64,000 nt of DNA from the NCBI RefSeq assembly GCF_000485595.1, contig NW_014577064.1:210071-274070 (forward strand). Direction: 5' to 3'. Made by a program: the position numbers and the translations under genes. Below the pieces are notes generated by a model, which had not been told where the DNA came from, ran no database searches, and saw only the letters and a list, made by a program, of their open reading frames with translations. Source of the DNA: Priapulus caudatus (taxonomy: Eukaryota). Shown here in pieces: positions 1 through 11,205 of this stretch. Positions within the stretch are counted from its first letter, which is position 1; each line of letters begins with the position of its first letter.

Positions 1-410
1 AGCATTATATAAAGACACACAAACAATATAAACGCCCAATGCATAAACGCATACACACAGAGACACATTGCAGCATTATACAAAAACACACAAACAGCAT
101 AAACGCATACACGCACACAGACACATTGCAGCATTATATAAAAACACACAAACAATATAAACGCCCAATGCATAAACGCATACACACAGAGACACATTGC
201 AGCATTATATAAAAACACACAAACAATATAAACGCCCAATGCATAAACGCATACACACACACACACAATGCAGCGTTACATAAAAACACACAAACAATAT
301 AAACGCCCAATGCATAAACGCATACACACAGAGACACATTGCAGCATTATATAAAAACACACAAACAGCATAAACGCATACGCGCAGAGACACATTGCAG
401 CGTCACACAA
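1..410. repeat. Minisatellite, ~58-71 bp units
   Basis: Unit agcattatataaaaacacacaaacaatataaacgcccaatgcataaacgcatacacacagagacacattgc and shorter variants start at 1, 72, 130 and 201 and continue to ~410. Confidence 0.9.
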
Positions 411-2762
411 AAAACGCAAACATATACGCAGGGGCGCATTAAACCAAAAAGCAGAGGTTTTAGGCGCGGTTGCATGGTAATATTAACCAGTCGACGTTTC
501 TGTCAACGTCGACAACTCATACGAGCTACGCGCTATATAGCGCAAAAGTTCAACACGTTGCACGAACAAGGGCGTAGATGACGTCTTCGGGATCCGCCGT
601 CAATTAACTCTCACGCAAAAAAGTGCGCAGCGGCTAGCGCATGAATGACCAGCGCCAGTACATCTGCGGGTTATCTTACGCTAAAACACGCGCCCGCGCG
701 CACGACGGCCGCGGCCGCGTGCTATACTTTCTTGAATGAGTATCTGATTAGTGTGCGGCGCATGTATCATACACGCCGCGATGCTAGATCCTACGGCAAG
801 ACAGGCTGTTTTACATGACGAACGCAAGAATGATCATGCAGGTGTTCGGAGTCGTCCATGAGTGATGAAGGGGTGTAGCACCGGCACAGCTAGGGTTCGC
901 GTCTTCAACGTATATATTACCTGTCGAAGACGACGCGGGCAGCTGCTGTAGTAGGATAGCGGGAGAGGTGGCTGCATGCGCTCTATCAGATACACGAGTG
1001 AAGCTCGATCCCTCCGCACGGTCAACAAGAGCTGAGCAAATTCAAATTATATACATCAATTTATGTTTGAGATGTAGTAAACAGCCTGGTGGCTCTGTCT
1101 TCCTGTGAGTTGGTGCATAGCAGCGTGCATGCGGTGCGATTGTGTGACGCAGATGAGCATTTGAGGAGCATTTACGTGGAGTTACAGTGCATAAACATGA
1201 AGACTTCAGTAGTAAATACAATTTGTGTTTATCTACCATCATTTTATTATTGACACGGCGCAATAGCGTGCGTCAACCTTCGATCAACGAAAGCTGTGCA
1301 AATGCAAATTGCATTAATTTATGTTCGAAACGTAGTTTGGCGGCTACAGTCACGCCAGTTATTCTTCCCCTTTTTGCGTTGGAGCGCTCCAAAGCTGGAA
1401 CTCCGTTGCAGTGCATGCATAAATGGAGTCGTCACGTTTTGCTCTGTGATATAATCTTTCTAAGGGGCTCGAAATGCTGCCAGTAGCTAGCGACTGATTG
1501 AAGATATGTCGCAAACACCAGAGAGAACTTACGTTGTGAGTATATATGCGCCATTATAAAGTGTTTTTATTCTACAAAAAAAGTTCTGTTTCTCCATTGT
1601 GCCTAGGCTTGCTCGTACCGCCGCTCTTCCGTATTCACATGAATTGAGGTTCATTATTAATATGACTTCAGGTTAATTGGCGTGCGTCGGACTGACTCGT
1701 ATAATGTCCATTTCCTAATGCACCGTACTATAATGTGTCCTGAGTTTAGTGATCCGTGTTGTGGAACGTCGGCAGTTTCTATGGACTGCGCGCAATTCAT
1801 GGCTAATTTAGTGTTTTAACTGGTAGCGTGTAGGCATGCGAGCGTGCGTGCGTGCGTGGGCGTGTGCGTGCGTGAGCGCGTGTGTGAGTAGGTGCGTGCG
1901 TGCGCGCGTGGGCGTCTGCGTGCGTGAGCGCGTGTGTGAGTGCGTGCGTGCGTGCGTGCGTGGGCGTGTGCGTGCGTGAGCGCGTGTGTGAGTGCGTACG
2001 TGCTAGACTCTATATGTTCTGTTGCTTTCTTTGATTATTTGCTTTAATATTAGCTATACGTCATATCAGGAGTAATTTTGATGATATTATTTTCTTCACG
2101 TTATATCTATGCATGCGTAATGATAATATAGGGTATATGTTAGCAAATATTAATGCGAAGCTAACATTTTTTACCAGATGAAAAAAATCGCATCGTTCTT
2201 TAACTATACTATGGAAATGTTCGTATAATTGATACGTACATTATACGAAATAAATTTTATCAGACCGTAATGATTAAACAAGCGTCTTGCGGTTTAGCGA
2301 TCTAATCGAATATGCTTAGACAGAATCAGATATTCGATAAAGGAGCGCTTAAAAACGAGTTTTGTGCGTTGGCATGTGTCTCGTAACAGCGTGGCTCCGC
2401 CGGTGGATACAGTTTATTGCAATCGTATGTGACATTTCACACAGCACCGCACGCTCGCCCGCCGCATCATATTATTCTCATTATATATTGTGGACTAACA
2501 AGTTCGCAAAAGTGAATCACATCTGTGCGATGAATTGCATAGGATAAGTCGTAACCACAGGCACTTTGGCCGTTTCAATAATATAATTATAGTAAATAAA
2601 CGCGAATTGTATTTATTATCCAAGTCTTAATGTTTTTTATCCACTTTCTTTCGTCTATTGTTAGTAATAATTCCACGGTAATACCGTTTAAAGATTCTCT
2701 GCAACACATAATCTTACCACACGCACGCCTCTGCGCACAAACTCACAGAAAGATAGAGACTA

Positions 2763-2923
2763 AGCCTCGTCTACACGACGAACCTTAACTCCAGTCGATC
2801 GAGGTTAAGCTAACTCGAGTTACCTCAACTCGAGTTAAGGCCTCGGGTAGACGCTTAACTCGAGTTAGCGAATAGTATATAACTCCACGATAGGCGGCAA
2901 CACTAGTACGATGTACGTACACA

Positions 2924-2959
<36 letters not shown>

Positions 2960-3423
2960 CGTGTAATTGCACACGCACGGACACACCCATGCACGCACGT
3001 CTACGTGCACATGCATGCACGCACGCACGCACGTGTACCTGCACACACACGGACGCACGCACGCATGCACGTACGTGTACGTGCACACGCACGCATGCAC
3101 GCACGTGTAGATACACACTGCACGCACGTGTACATGCACACGCACGCACGCACGCACGCGTACGTACACACGAACGCACGCACGTGTACGTACACACGCA
3201 CGCACGCACGGACGCACGTGTACGTGCACACGCACGCAAACACTCATGCACGCACGTGTACATGCACACACACGCACGCACGCACGGACGCACGTGTACG
3301 TGCACACGCACGCAAACACTCATGCACGCACGTGTACATGCACACACACGCACGCACGCACGGACGCACGTGTACGTGCACACGCACGCAAACACTCATG
3401 CACGCACGTGTACNNNNNNNNNN

Positions 3424-3454
<31 letters not shown>

Positions 3455-4134
3455 CGTCTACGTGCACATGCACACGCGCGCACACACGCACGCGCGTGTA
3501 CGTGCACACACACGGACGCACGCACGCACGCACGCACGCATGCACGCACGTGTACGTGCACACGCACGCACGAACGTGTACCTATACACACGCGCACGCA
3601 CGCACGTGTACGTGCACATGCACGCACGCACGCATGCACGCACGTGTACGTGCACACGCACGCACGAACGTGTACCTATACACACGCGCACGCACGCACG
3701 TGTACGTGCACATGCACGCACGCACGCATGCACGCACATGTACGTGCACACGCACGCACTCACGCATGCATGCACGTGCACGCCCACACGCACGCATGCA
3801 CGCAAGTGTACGTGCACACGCACGCATGCGCGCACGTGTAGGTACACACGCACGCACGCACGCACGCACGCACGCACGTGTACGTGCACACGCACGCACG
3901 TATACGTGCACACGCACGCACACACACACACACGCACGCACGCACACACGCACGCACGTTTACATACACACGTTTACACACGCACGCACGCATGCATAAT
4001 AAATCGGTAATAATCGCTATCGGGTGTTGTCGTGTAGACGCTACATAATCGCTAACTCGAGTTAACGCTTAACTCGAGTTAGCTTAACTCGAGTTAGCTT
4101 AACTCGAGTTAAGGTTCGTCGTGTAGACGAGGCT
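2763..4134. mobile_element. Non-autonomous TIR element (PIF/Harbinger-like) with an internal (GCAC)n-type microsatellite
   Basis: Perfect 29-bp TIRs agcctcgtctacacgacgaaccttaactc (2763-2791) and gagttaaggttcgtcgtgtagacgaggct (4106-4134), with TA on both flanks. Repeated palindromic taactcgagtta subterminal motifs. Superfamily assigned from TIR style only. Confidence 0.8.
2910..3995. repeat. Complex (GCAC/ACAC/GTAC)n microsatellite with a 10-N gap
   Basis: Directly visible; source of the HARTH/CVRA pseudo-ORFs. Confidence 0.95.
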
Positions 4135-4147
4135 TATATAATATTAT

Positions 4148-4188
4148 CAAGAGTAGATAAATAACACTATTTTATTTATCTACTCTTG
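4148..4188. mobile_element. 41-bp TIR-only mini element (CA..TG termini, 7-bp TSD)
   Basis: caagagtagataaataa / ttatttatctactcttg; atattat on both sides (4141-4147, 4189-4195). Confidence 0.65.
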
Positions 4189-6019
4189 ATATTATCTACA
4201 CTGCATCCTATTTCGTATATACAGAAACCCGGCTGCATGTGCTGCATATCGACCCGCTGTATAGAAAGTAAATAATTAATACATTGTTTTATCTCAATTC
4301 CCAATAGAATATATTTCGGTTGATCAACCTGAATAGGTTTATTCAGCTGTAATCAACGTAATTATAGTTGCGATATATGTATATATATGAGTGTGTGCGT
4401 GCGCGCGCGTATACGTGTGTGCAAGAGAGCGTCCGTACGCAACTTATGCATACAACAAATCCTTGAATATTTCGCGTGTTTCTGGCAATAGAAAAGAACT
4501 CATTTTGCTTAACAATTATACACGACACACTTTGAAAGTTTTCATTTGGATAATATTCGTTTTACTCCGTTTACGCTTCACAGACGGGCAAAGTTTGGCG
4601 CTTCGTACGTAGAAACAGGAGCAGACGAGTACTACAGCAATATTTACCATACAACACGCACACGTGGGCATACGGGTTGGTGGCCATTCACGCAGGCGTT
4701 CCTTCACATATAACCGACACTATAAATTAAGACGCGTGCCTTTAATTGCTTGTGATAAATCTCCGCACGTTCACTCGAACTCAAAATGTTCCCGCCGTCC
4801 TTCTAAATAATGTATCATTCACATTGTACTCGCATGCATTCTGCCTAACGATTCCAGACCAGACGGAAGGTCTTCATTTGTCTGTGACACAGTTCACTCG
4901 CTTACAACGGCGGAAAATTGCGATATATTTCGAGAACATCGTATTTTTTATTCCGATCCGTGCCAACTACGGTTTTGTCAAGTAATGTTCGAGTTTGTCA
5001 ATTGCTCCATCGTAAAAAAATGAGCGGCCCTGGCTCCCAAATGTTAAGCCTCAAGGTGCGCAAGCGTTTTATTAAGGTTTGTTTATTAAGCGTCTAAGCT
5101 TAAAACTTCCCAACTAAGATTGAATTTGTCTGCCCTAAGTATCAGATAACTTTGCTCGCTCCTTGCGGCGTAAACCTGTGTGCCCTGCCCATCTAAGTCG
5201 AATTGATTTTGAAAGTTAGGCGACTTTGCTGATAAAGATGGCCGATCGAGTCGTGATGGAGAAGCGCGATGTCGTTGTTGATGCGTGTGATGTGAAGCGG
5301 TGTCGTCTGGTGTCGTGGGAAGAGATGAAGGAAGAGCGCCTTTATAGCCGTTGATAATTAAGAGAAAACTAACTAATATAGGAATGAATTTTTGCGTCCG
5401 TGCGTGAATTCACAACAATTGTAATCTTCTGTATGAAGTTGTCGAGTATACCGTTCGATTGCTAGCAATAAGTTAATCGCATATGATAATAATATTAATA
5501 ACAACAATAGTAATAATATTATACTTATAAAGCAAGTAGCAGCCAGCGACATAGCTAATTATATATATATATCAGCGCTGTCAGATGAGAATGCCTATAG
5601 TACGAATGAACTAACCTGGCATAATTATGAACAGCCGATAGATTATCATGAGTGTCTTCTGGCAATGACCATGGTTGCTATCGTCTACTGCGAAAACTAA
5701 ACTATTAAGCAAACGTTTAAGTTTTGTCGTAGTTTAGGTGTGTCTGCTCCTTCAGTGCCTGTATCTCTCGCTTACGGTGATAGAATTTGACAAGAAAGCA
5801 TGTAATTCCCTGTATACATACGGGCCCTCGCGTGTGTGGGTGCACGTGTTCGTGCGTACGTATGTGTGTAACAGGTTTATACCCTGTCAAGTATTCAAGT
5901 TTACGTTAAGTTCAAGTTTAAAGTCTGAACTATTTAAATAGAAGTGAAAGAAAGGTTTACTATCATATTGTAGCCTCAATCTATATAAAATTGAAATATA
6001 TTCATTCCTATATATATAT

Positions 6020-6917
6020 ATACTGTGTTTGTCGGCCCCTGTGTTGCCTGCCCACTAGCTGTTGCCTGCCCCACTGTGCTTGTCTGCCCCACTGTGTTGC
6101 CTGCCGCACTGTGTTGCTGTTCCTGCTGTGCTGCCTGTAGCATACAATAATCGTACTACCCCAAACACACCCATCCTGTGTTGGGGTTACATTATTGGTA
6201 TCTATGTTGCCTGCCTCCACTTGTATGCCTGCCCACTGTGTTGGTCTGCCCACTGTCTTGCCTTGCCCCACTGTCTTCCTGCCTNNNNNNNNNNNNNNNN
6301 NNNNNNNNNNNNNNNNNNNNNNNNNNNNNNNNNNNNNNNNNNNNNNNNNNNNNNNNNNNNNNNNNNNNNNNNNNNNNNNNNNNNNNNNNNNNNNNNNNNN
6401 NNNNNNNNNNNNNNNNNNNNNNNNNNNNNNNNNNNNNNNNNNNNNNNNNNNNNNNNNNNNNNNNNNNNNNNNNNNNNNNNNNNNNNNNNNNNNNNNNNNN
6501 NNNNNNNNNNNNNNNNNNNNNNNNNNNNNNNNNNNNNNNNNNNNNNNNNNNNCCTGATCCACTGTGTTGCCTGATCCACTGTGTTGCTTGTTCTGACGTA
6601 TTGCTTGTCTTGTCGTGTCGCTCGGCCCATTATGTTGCTTGTTCGTTCTGACCCGTGCAGTAGTGGCGTATGATCTGCATGGTGCCAGACCTGTGTGACG
6701 TAAACATACTACAACATTGTGATATCTACTGGTCATGGTGGTTTGCCGTAGTCGCTGATTTGCAATTGTGTTCTGCGCAAATCGAATTCGGATTCGAGCG
6801 GATTCGAATGCAGTGAAATATAGATCTGAAAGAAGAACGATCTCAATAAAACATGAATCCATCACACGGAAACTCGGAAGCGCGGAACTTGTAGTATATT
6901 GTGATTATATATGTATG

Positions 6918-6958
<41 letters not shown>

Positions 6959-6960
6959 TA
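6020..6960 (+). repeat. 17-bp satellite plus a ~340-bp unique block; direct repeat of 9436-10510
   Basis: ccccactgtgttgcctg units, then tgttctgacgtattgcttgtc...cggaagcgcggaa, near-identical to 10138-10440. Contains an N-gap. Confidence 0.9.
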
Positions 6961-8061
6961 TCTATATATATATATATATATTTAACTACACAGAAAGTCA
7001 CTATCGGGTGAAAGCTAACAGTTTATATACACCAAAATACGAAGAATACATTGAAATACGCCTTGTCGCCCTAGCGCCGTAGTCGTGTTACAACCGCTTG
7101 AATGCCGGAGCGATTGGTGGAATACAATGTCACGTTATTCGCCCGTCCCAAACTATATAACACTAACAAATATACTGCGTTCAGCAAGATACTTCCATGG
7201 AGACGTGGAAGATATGTTTACAGTAACAGGACAGGAGGAAGAAGAAGAGGGGTAGAGGAGGAGGAGGAGGCTGAGCAGCAGTGATTAACGACGAAGGGTG
7301 ACAGAGGAGGAGATAAGGGGAGGAAAGAAAGGAAACGATTTAATCCGATATCACTAAAATATTATGTGATGGGATTTCTGTAGAATAACCCAAAAAGGCT
7401 TCTACATAACCGTTATTGCTATGTGTTCTTTATAGTTTAGTATTATAATAAATCATGTTTAATATATCGATACTTCTTCATTTATTTATTACTTCATTTT
7501 TTCTTGATTTATATTCACATCAAGAGTAAAATAATATTTATTACAGACTACGAATAAAAATAAATATGGTAATATTTTACCACAACTCGTAGAGCTCTGA
7601 ATTTATATATTATGTACAATACTACATACTAGATCTTGTGCTATGTTATTTTATTTATATATTATGTACAATACTACATACTAGATCTTGTGCTATGTTA
7701 TTNNNNNNNNNNTAATTATGTAAACGTTCTGTGATGAGTGGGAAAACGCATGTGTGCATATATAAGTACGGGGCGTGCGTTAAAATGCGGTGTATGCGGC
7801 GTAACGGCCACATACGACTCCTGATACGATCGTATAAGCATGATTTCCGAACAAAACCTGAGAGGCGATAGGCATATGGAGTTGCTCTTAATTATCCTTC
7901 CATTAGCACCGATTCAAATTAAGGTGTGTCGAAGATGTGTCGTATAATGATACCTATCTCGTAGATGCATTTCACCAGCAGTTTATAAAAACCGTTTGTT
8001 TTTTATCGACAAAATTACTTGTTTTTCATTCGCTCACGATATATGCACTGATATGATACTG

Positions 8062-8091
8062 CACGTGACGCCCCGCCCGTCGAATCACGTG
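8062..8091. promoter_or_regulatory. Cluster of two E-boxes and a GC box upstream of the KLF exon
   Basis: CACGTG at 8062-8067 and 8086-8091; CCCCGCCC at 8071-8078. Function is inferred only. Confidence 0.3.
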
Positions 8092-8132
8092 GCGGCCCAT
8101 CGCTTAGAAAACGCTCTTTGATTTTCTTCTAG

Positions 8133-9335
8133 CTGTGGCAGGATATCGATAAGTTTCTATCGACGCCGACGAGTCAGAGCTATGATCCGCATGTGGGGGC
8201 GCTGCAGGCAGCTCTTGGCAGTGAGGGAAGCAGTAGCGGCGGCACGGCGGCGTCGATGGGCGGGCCTGCCACGAGTCAGAGCAGCACAGCGTCGGCCACG
8301 CGAACACTCCCGCAATCCGACCACAGACTGCGTCACCACCACAATCACCACCACCACCACATCAGCCACGCCGCTAGCACGCTGTCGGCCGGCGCGCCAG
8401 CGACCAACTATCGCCGACCGCAGTGCAGCAGAGCGGAGTATCCCAGCATGCAATACGGTATGCCGCACGCGTCGTCGAGCGACATGAGCGCGCCGGGCGC
8501 CAGGTGGCGCGCGCCGCAAATCAAGGACGAACATGCCGTGAATCGGGCCTGCTGCGCGGGGCAGTCGGCAGAGGGCGCTGCGGCGTTCATGTCCGGTCAG
8601 CCAGCGTTCGTGCGGCTTCCCGAGATCAAACTGGAGCCGGATCCGGACTGCAGTGGTCAGCAGTACACACAGGCAGTCGGCGCTGGCTACCCGCACAGCC
8701 ACGCGTACAGCCGCGTGGAGCCGACATACCCGCCCAGCGCCGCCAACCCCGCCTACAGCCCGCACATGTCGCTACCGCCAGACGGCGGCGCGTCGCCGTT
8801 CCTCGCTCACGCGTCGTCGTCGTCGTCGTCGCCGCACCACGTCGACGCGCGCGAACACGGCCTCCAGCTCGCCGACGCGACGCGCGGCATGGCGACGCAC
8901 CAGCCGACGTTCCCCGTCGGCATGTACCCGTCGACGTCGTCGATGATGCCGCCGCCATCGTCAGTGGCGTCGCCGCTGCATCACGGCGGCGGATATCCGA
9001 TGATGGCGACGAGCGAACCGGCGCTACCGCGCAGGCGCGGTCGGCGCACGTGGGCGCGCAAGCGCGTCACGGTGCACACGTGCAGCTACGCCGGCTGCGT
9101 GAAGACGTACACGAAGAGCTCGCACCTGAAGGCGCACATGCGCACGCACACGGGTGAGAAGCCGTATGAGTGCACGTGGAAGGGATGCGGCTGGAAGTTC
9201 GCGCGCTCCGACGAGCTGACGCGACACTACCGCAAACACACGGGCGACCGGCCGTTCCAGTGCCAGCTATGCGAGCGCGCCTTCTCGCGCTCCGACCACC
9301 TAGCCTTACACATGAAGAGACATGTGAGTGTGTAA
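8133..9335 (+). CDS. KLF4: Kruppel-like factor, KLF1/2/4 subfamily (main coding exon)
   Basis: Three C2H2 fingers with TGEKP/TGDRP linkers ([67 protein letters not shown]), preceded by the basic [11 protein letters not shown] motif typical of KLF1/2/4. The frame is open from an acceptor ttttcttctAG|ctg at 8133 (LWQDIDKFL...). The track start at 8193 is GTG; the first in-exon ATG is 8256. Co-orthologue of vertebrate KLF1/2/4, so the symbol is approximate. Confidence 0.93.
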   Translation: MWQDIDKFLSTPTSQSYDPHVGALQAALGSEGSSSGGTAASMGGPATSQSSTASATRTLPQSDHRLRHHHNHHHHHISHAASTLSAGAPATNYRRPQCSRAEYPSMQYGMPHASSSDMSAPGARWRAPQIKDEHAVNRACCAGQSAEGAAAFMSGQPAFVRLPEIKLEPDPDCSGQQYTQAVGAGYPHSHAYSRVEPTYPPSAANPAYSPHMSLPPDGGASPFLAHASSSSSSPHHVDAREHGLQLADATRGMATHQPTFPVGMYPSTSSMMPPPSSVASPLHHGGGYPMMATSEPALPRRRGRRTWARKRVTVHTCSYAGCVKTYTKSSHLKAHMRTHTGEKPYECTWKGCGWKFARSDELTRHYRKHTGDRPFQCQLCERAFSRSDHLALHMKRHVSV

Positions 9336-9435
9336 CGGTGTAAGACTGACTGCCTCGCCCCGAGCCGGGATGAATGTGGTGCTATTCTTTATCGTCTCGG
9401 GCCCTAGTTCTCATTCGATGGATGGTCGCGAGATA

Positions 9436-10479
9436 TCCCACTGTGTTGCCTGCCCCACTGTGTTGCCTGCCCCACTGTGTAGCCTGCCCCACTGTGTTGG
9501 CCTGTTCCTGCTGTGCTGGCCTGTAGATACAATAATGTAACCCAAACACACCCTATCCTTTGTTTGGGTGACATTATTGTATCTATGTTGCCTGCCCCAC
9601 TGTGTAGCCTGCCCACTGTGTTGGCCTGTCCCACTGTGTTTGTCTGCCCGAGCTGTGGCTTGCTGTTCGCTGCTGTGCTGCCTGTAGATTACAATAATGT
9701 TATCCAAACACGACCTATCCTGTGTTTGGGTTACATATTGTATCTATGTTGCCTGCCCACTGTGTTGTCTGCCCCACTGTGTGTTGTCTGCGCCCACTGT
9801 GTTGGCCTGCCGCACGTGTGTTGCCTGCCCCACTGTGTTGTCTGCCCCACTGTGTTTGTCTGCCCCACTGTGTTGCCTGCCCCACTGTGTTGCCTGCCCC
9901 ACTGTGTTGTCTGCCCCACTGTGTTGCCTGCCCCACTGTGTTGCCTGTTCCTGCTGTGCTGCCTGTAGATACAATAATGTTACCCAAACACACCCTATCC
10001 TGTGTTTGGGTTACATTATTGTATCTATGTTGCCTGCTCCACTGTGTTGCCTGCCCCACTGTGTTGTCTGCCCCACTGTCTTGCCTGCCCCACTGTCTTT
10101 CCTGCTCCACTGTGTTGCCTGCCCCACTGTGTTGCTTGTTCTGACGTATTGCTTGTCTTGTCGTGTCGCTCGGCCCATTATGTTGGCTTGTTCGTTCTGA
10201 CCGCTGCAGTAGTGGCGTATGATCTGCATCGGTGCCAGACCTGTGTGACGTAAAAATACTACAACATTGTGATATCTACTGGTCATGGTGGTTTGCCGTA
10301 GTCGCTGATTTGGCAATTGTGTTCTGCGCAAATCGATTCGGATTCGAGCGGAATCGAATGCAGTGAAATATAGATCTGAAAGAAGAACATACGATCTCAA
10401 TAAAACATGAATCCATCACACGGAAACTCGGAAGCGCGGAATATGTTGTATATTGTGATTATATATGTATGTATATATA

Positions 10480-10510
<31 letters not shown>
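9436..10510 (+). repeat. 17-bp satellite with embedded 62-bp hairpins, followed by a unique block (likely KLF 3' region)
   Basis: ccccactgtgttgcctg units; hairpins tagatacaataatgtaacccaaacac.. at 9524-9585, 9685-9746 and 9966-10027; AATAAA near 10399. Confidence 0.9.
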
Positions 10511-10511
<1 letters not shown>

Positions 10512-11141
10512 TATATTCGCTGTTCAAAATTAGCCATTCAAGTATCATTATAGGTAAAGGTAAAGGTAGAGGTAAAGCTTGAGGTAAAGGTTGTGATAGA
10601 AAAAGATAAAACAAAGATTGTGAAAGCGAATAGTTAGCGAGATAGATACTTAGTGGATGTGGATAGGTAAGATGGAAATAAGCGACAACGAGAACAAAGC
10701 GTGCGCGAGAAGCAGAGCAAGACAGCTAGAGAGCCAGAGAATTAGCGTGAGAGAGAGAGAGAGCGCACGAGATAGAGAAGGAGAGAGATGGAGAGGTTCT
10801 GGCTAAGCGAGCGAAAACGAGAAAGAGAAAGAGATAGAGACAATGAGAGAGGGAGAGAACGCGGGGGATGGAAGATGAGAGAAATTCGAGAGAAAGGTAG
10901 TTGATAAAATCGAAAGTACAGATTCTGCTGTAATTCCTTGAGAATTTTAACACTATACTTCTTCGCGATAACCAACCGCGTTCCGCATGATAGATCCATG
11001 ATTTTTATTCGGGCAACCCTAATAATTGCTGTATTGGTGACACTGATAGTTATTGATATAAAAAATAATAATGCCTATAGTTATTAGGCAACCGGTGATA
11101 AGATGTGCATTACTATTATTTTACACACGGACCCACGCACC

Positions 11142-11205
<64 letters not shown>

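Noticed and set aside
2785..4010. Long HARTH/CVRA ORFs up to 362 aa
   Set aside because: Translations of a microsatellite, open in several frames and crossing an N-gap.
5230..5350. TATA-like motif and possible minus-strand transcript start
   Set aside because: No associated ORF or splice structure could be identified.
7595..7712. ~50-bp tandem duplication next to a 10-N gap
   Set aside because: Probably a contig-end artefact.
8157..9239. Overlapping ORFs on both strands of the KLF exon
   Set aside because: Shadow ORFs caused by high GC content; no recognisable domains.
9411..10253. Cys-rich ORFs resembling metallothionein or keratin-associated proteins
   Set aside because: Products of a 17-bp satellite, not a multiple of three, so frames cycle.
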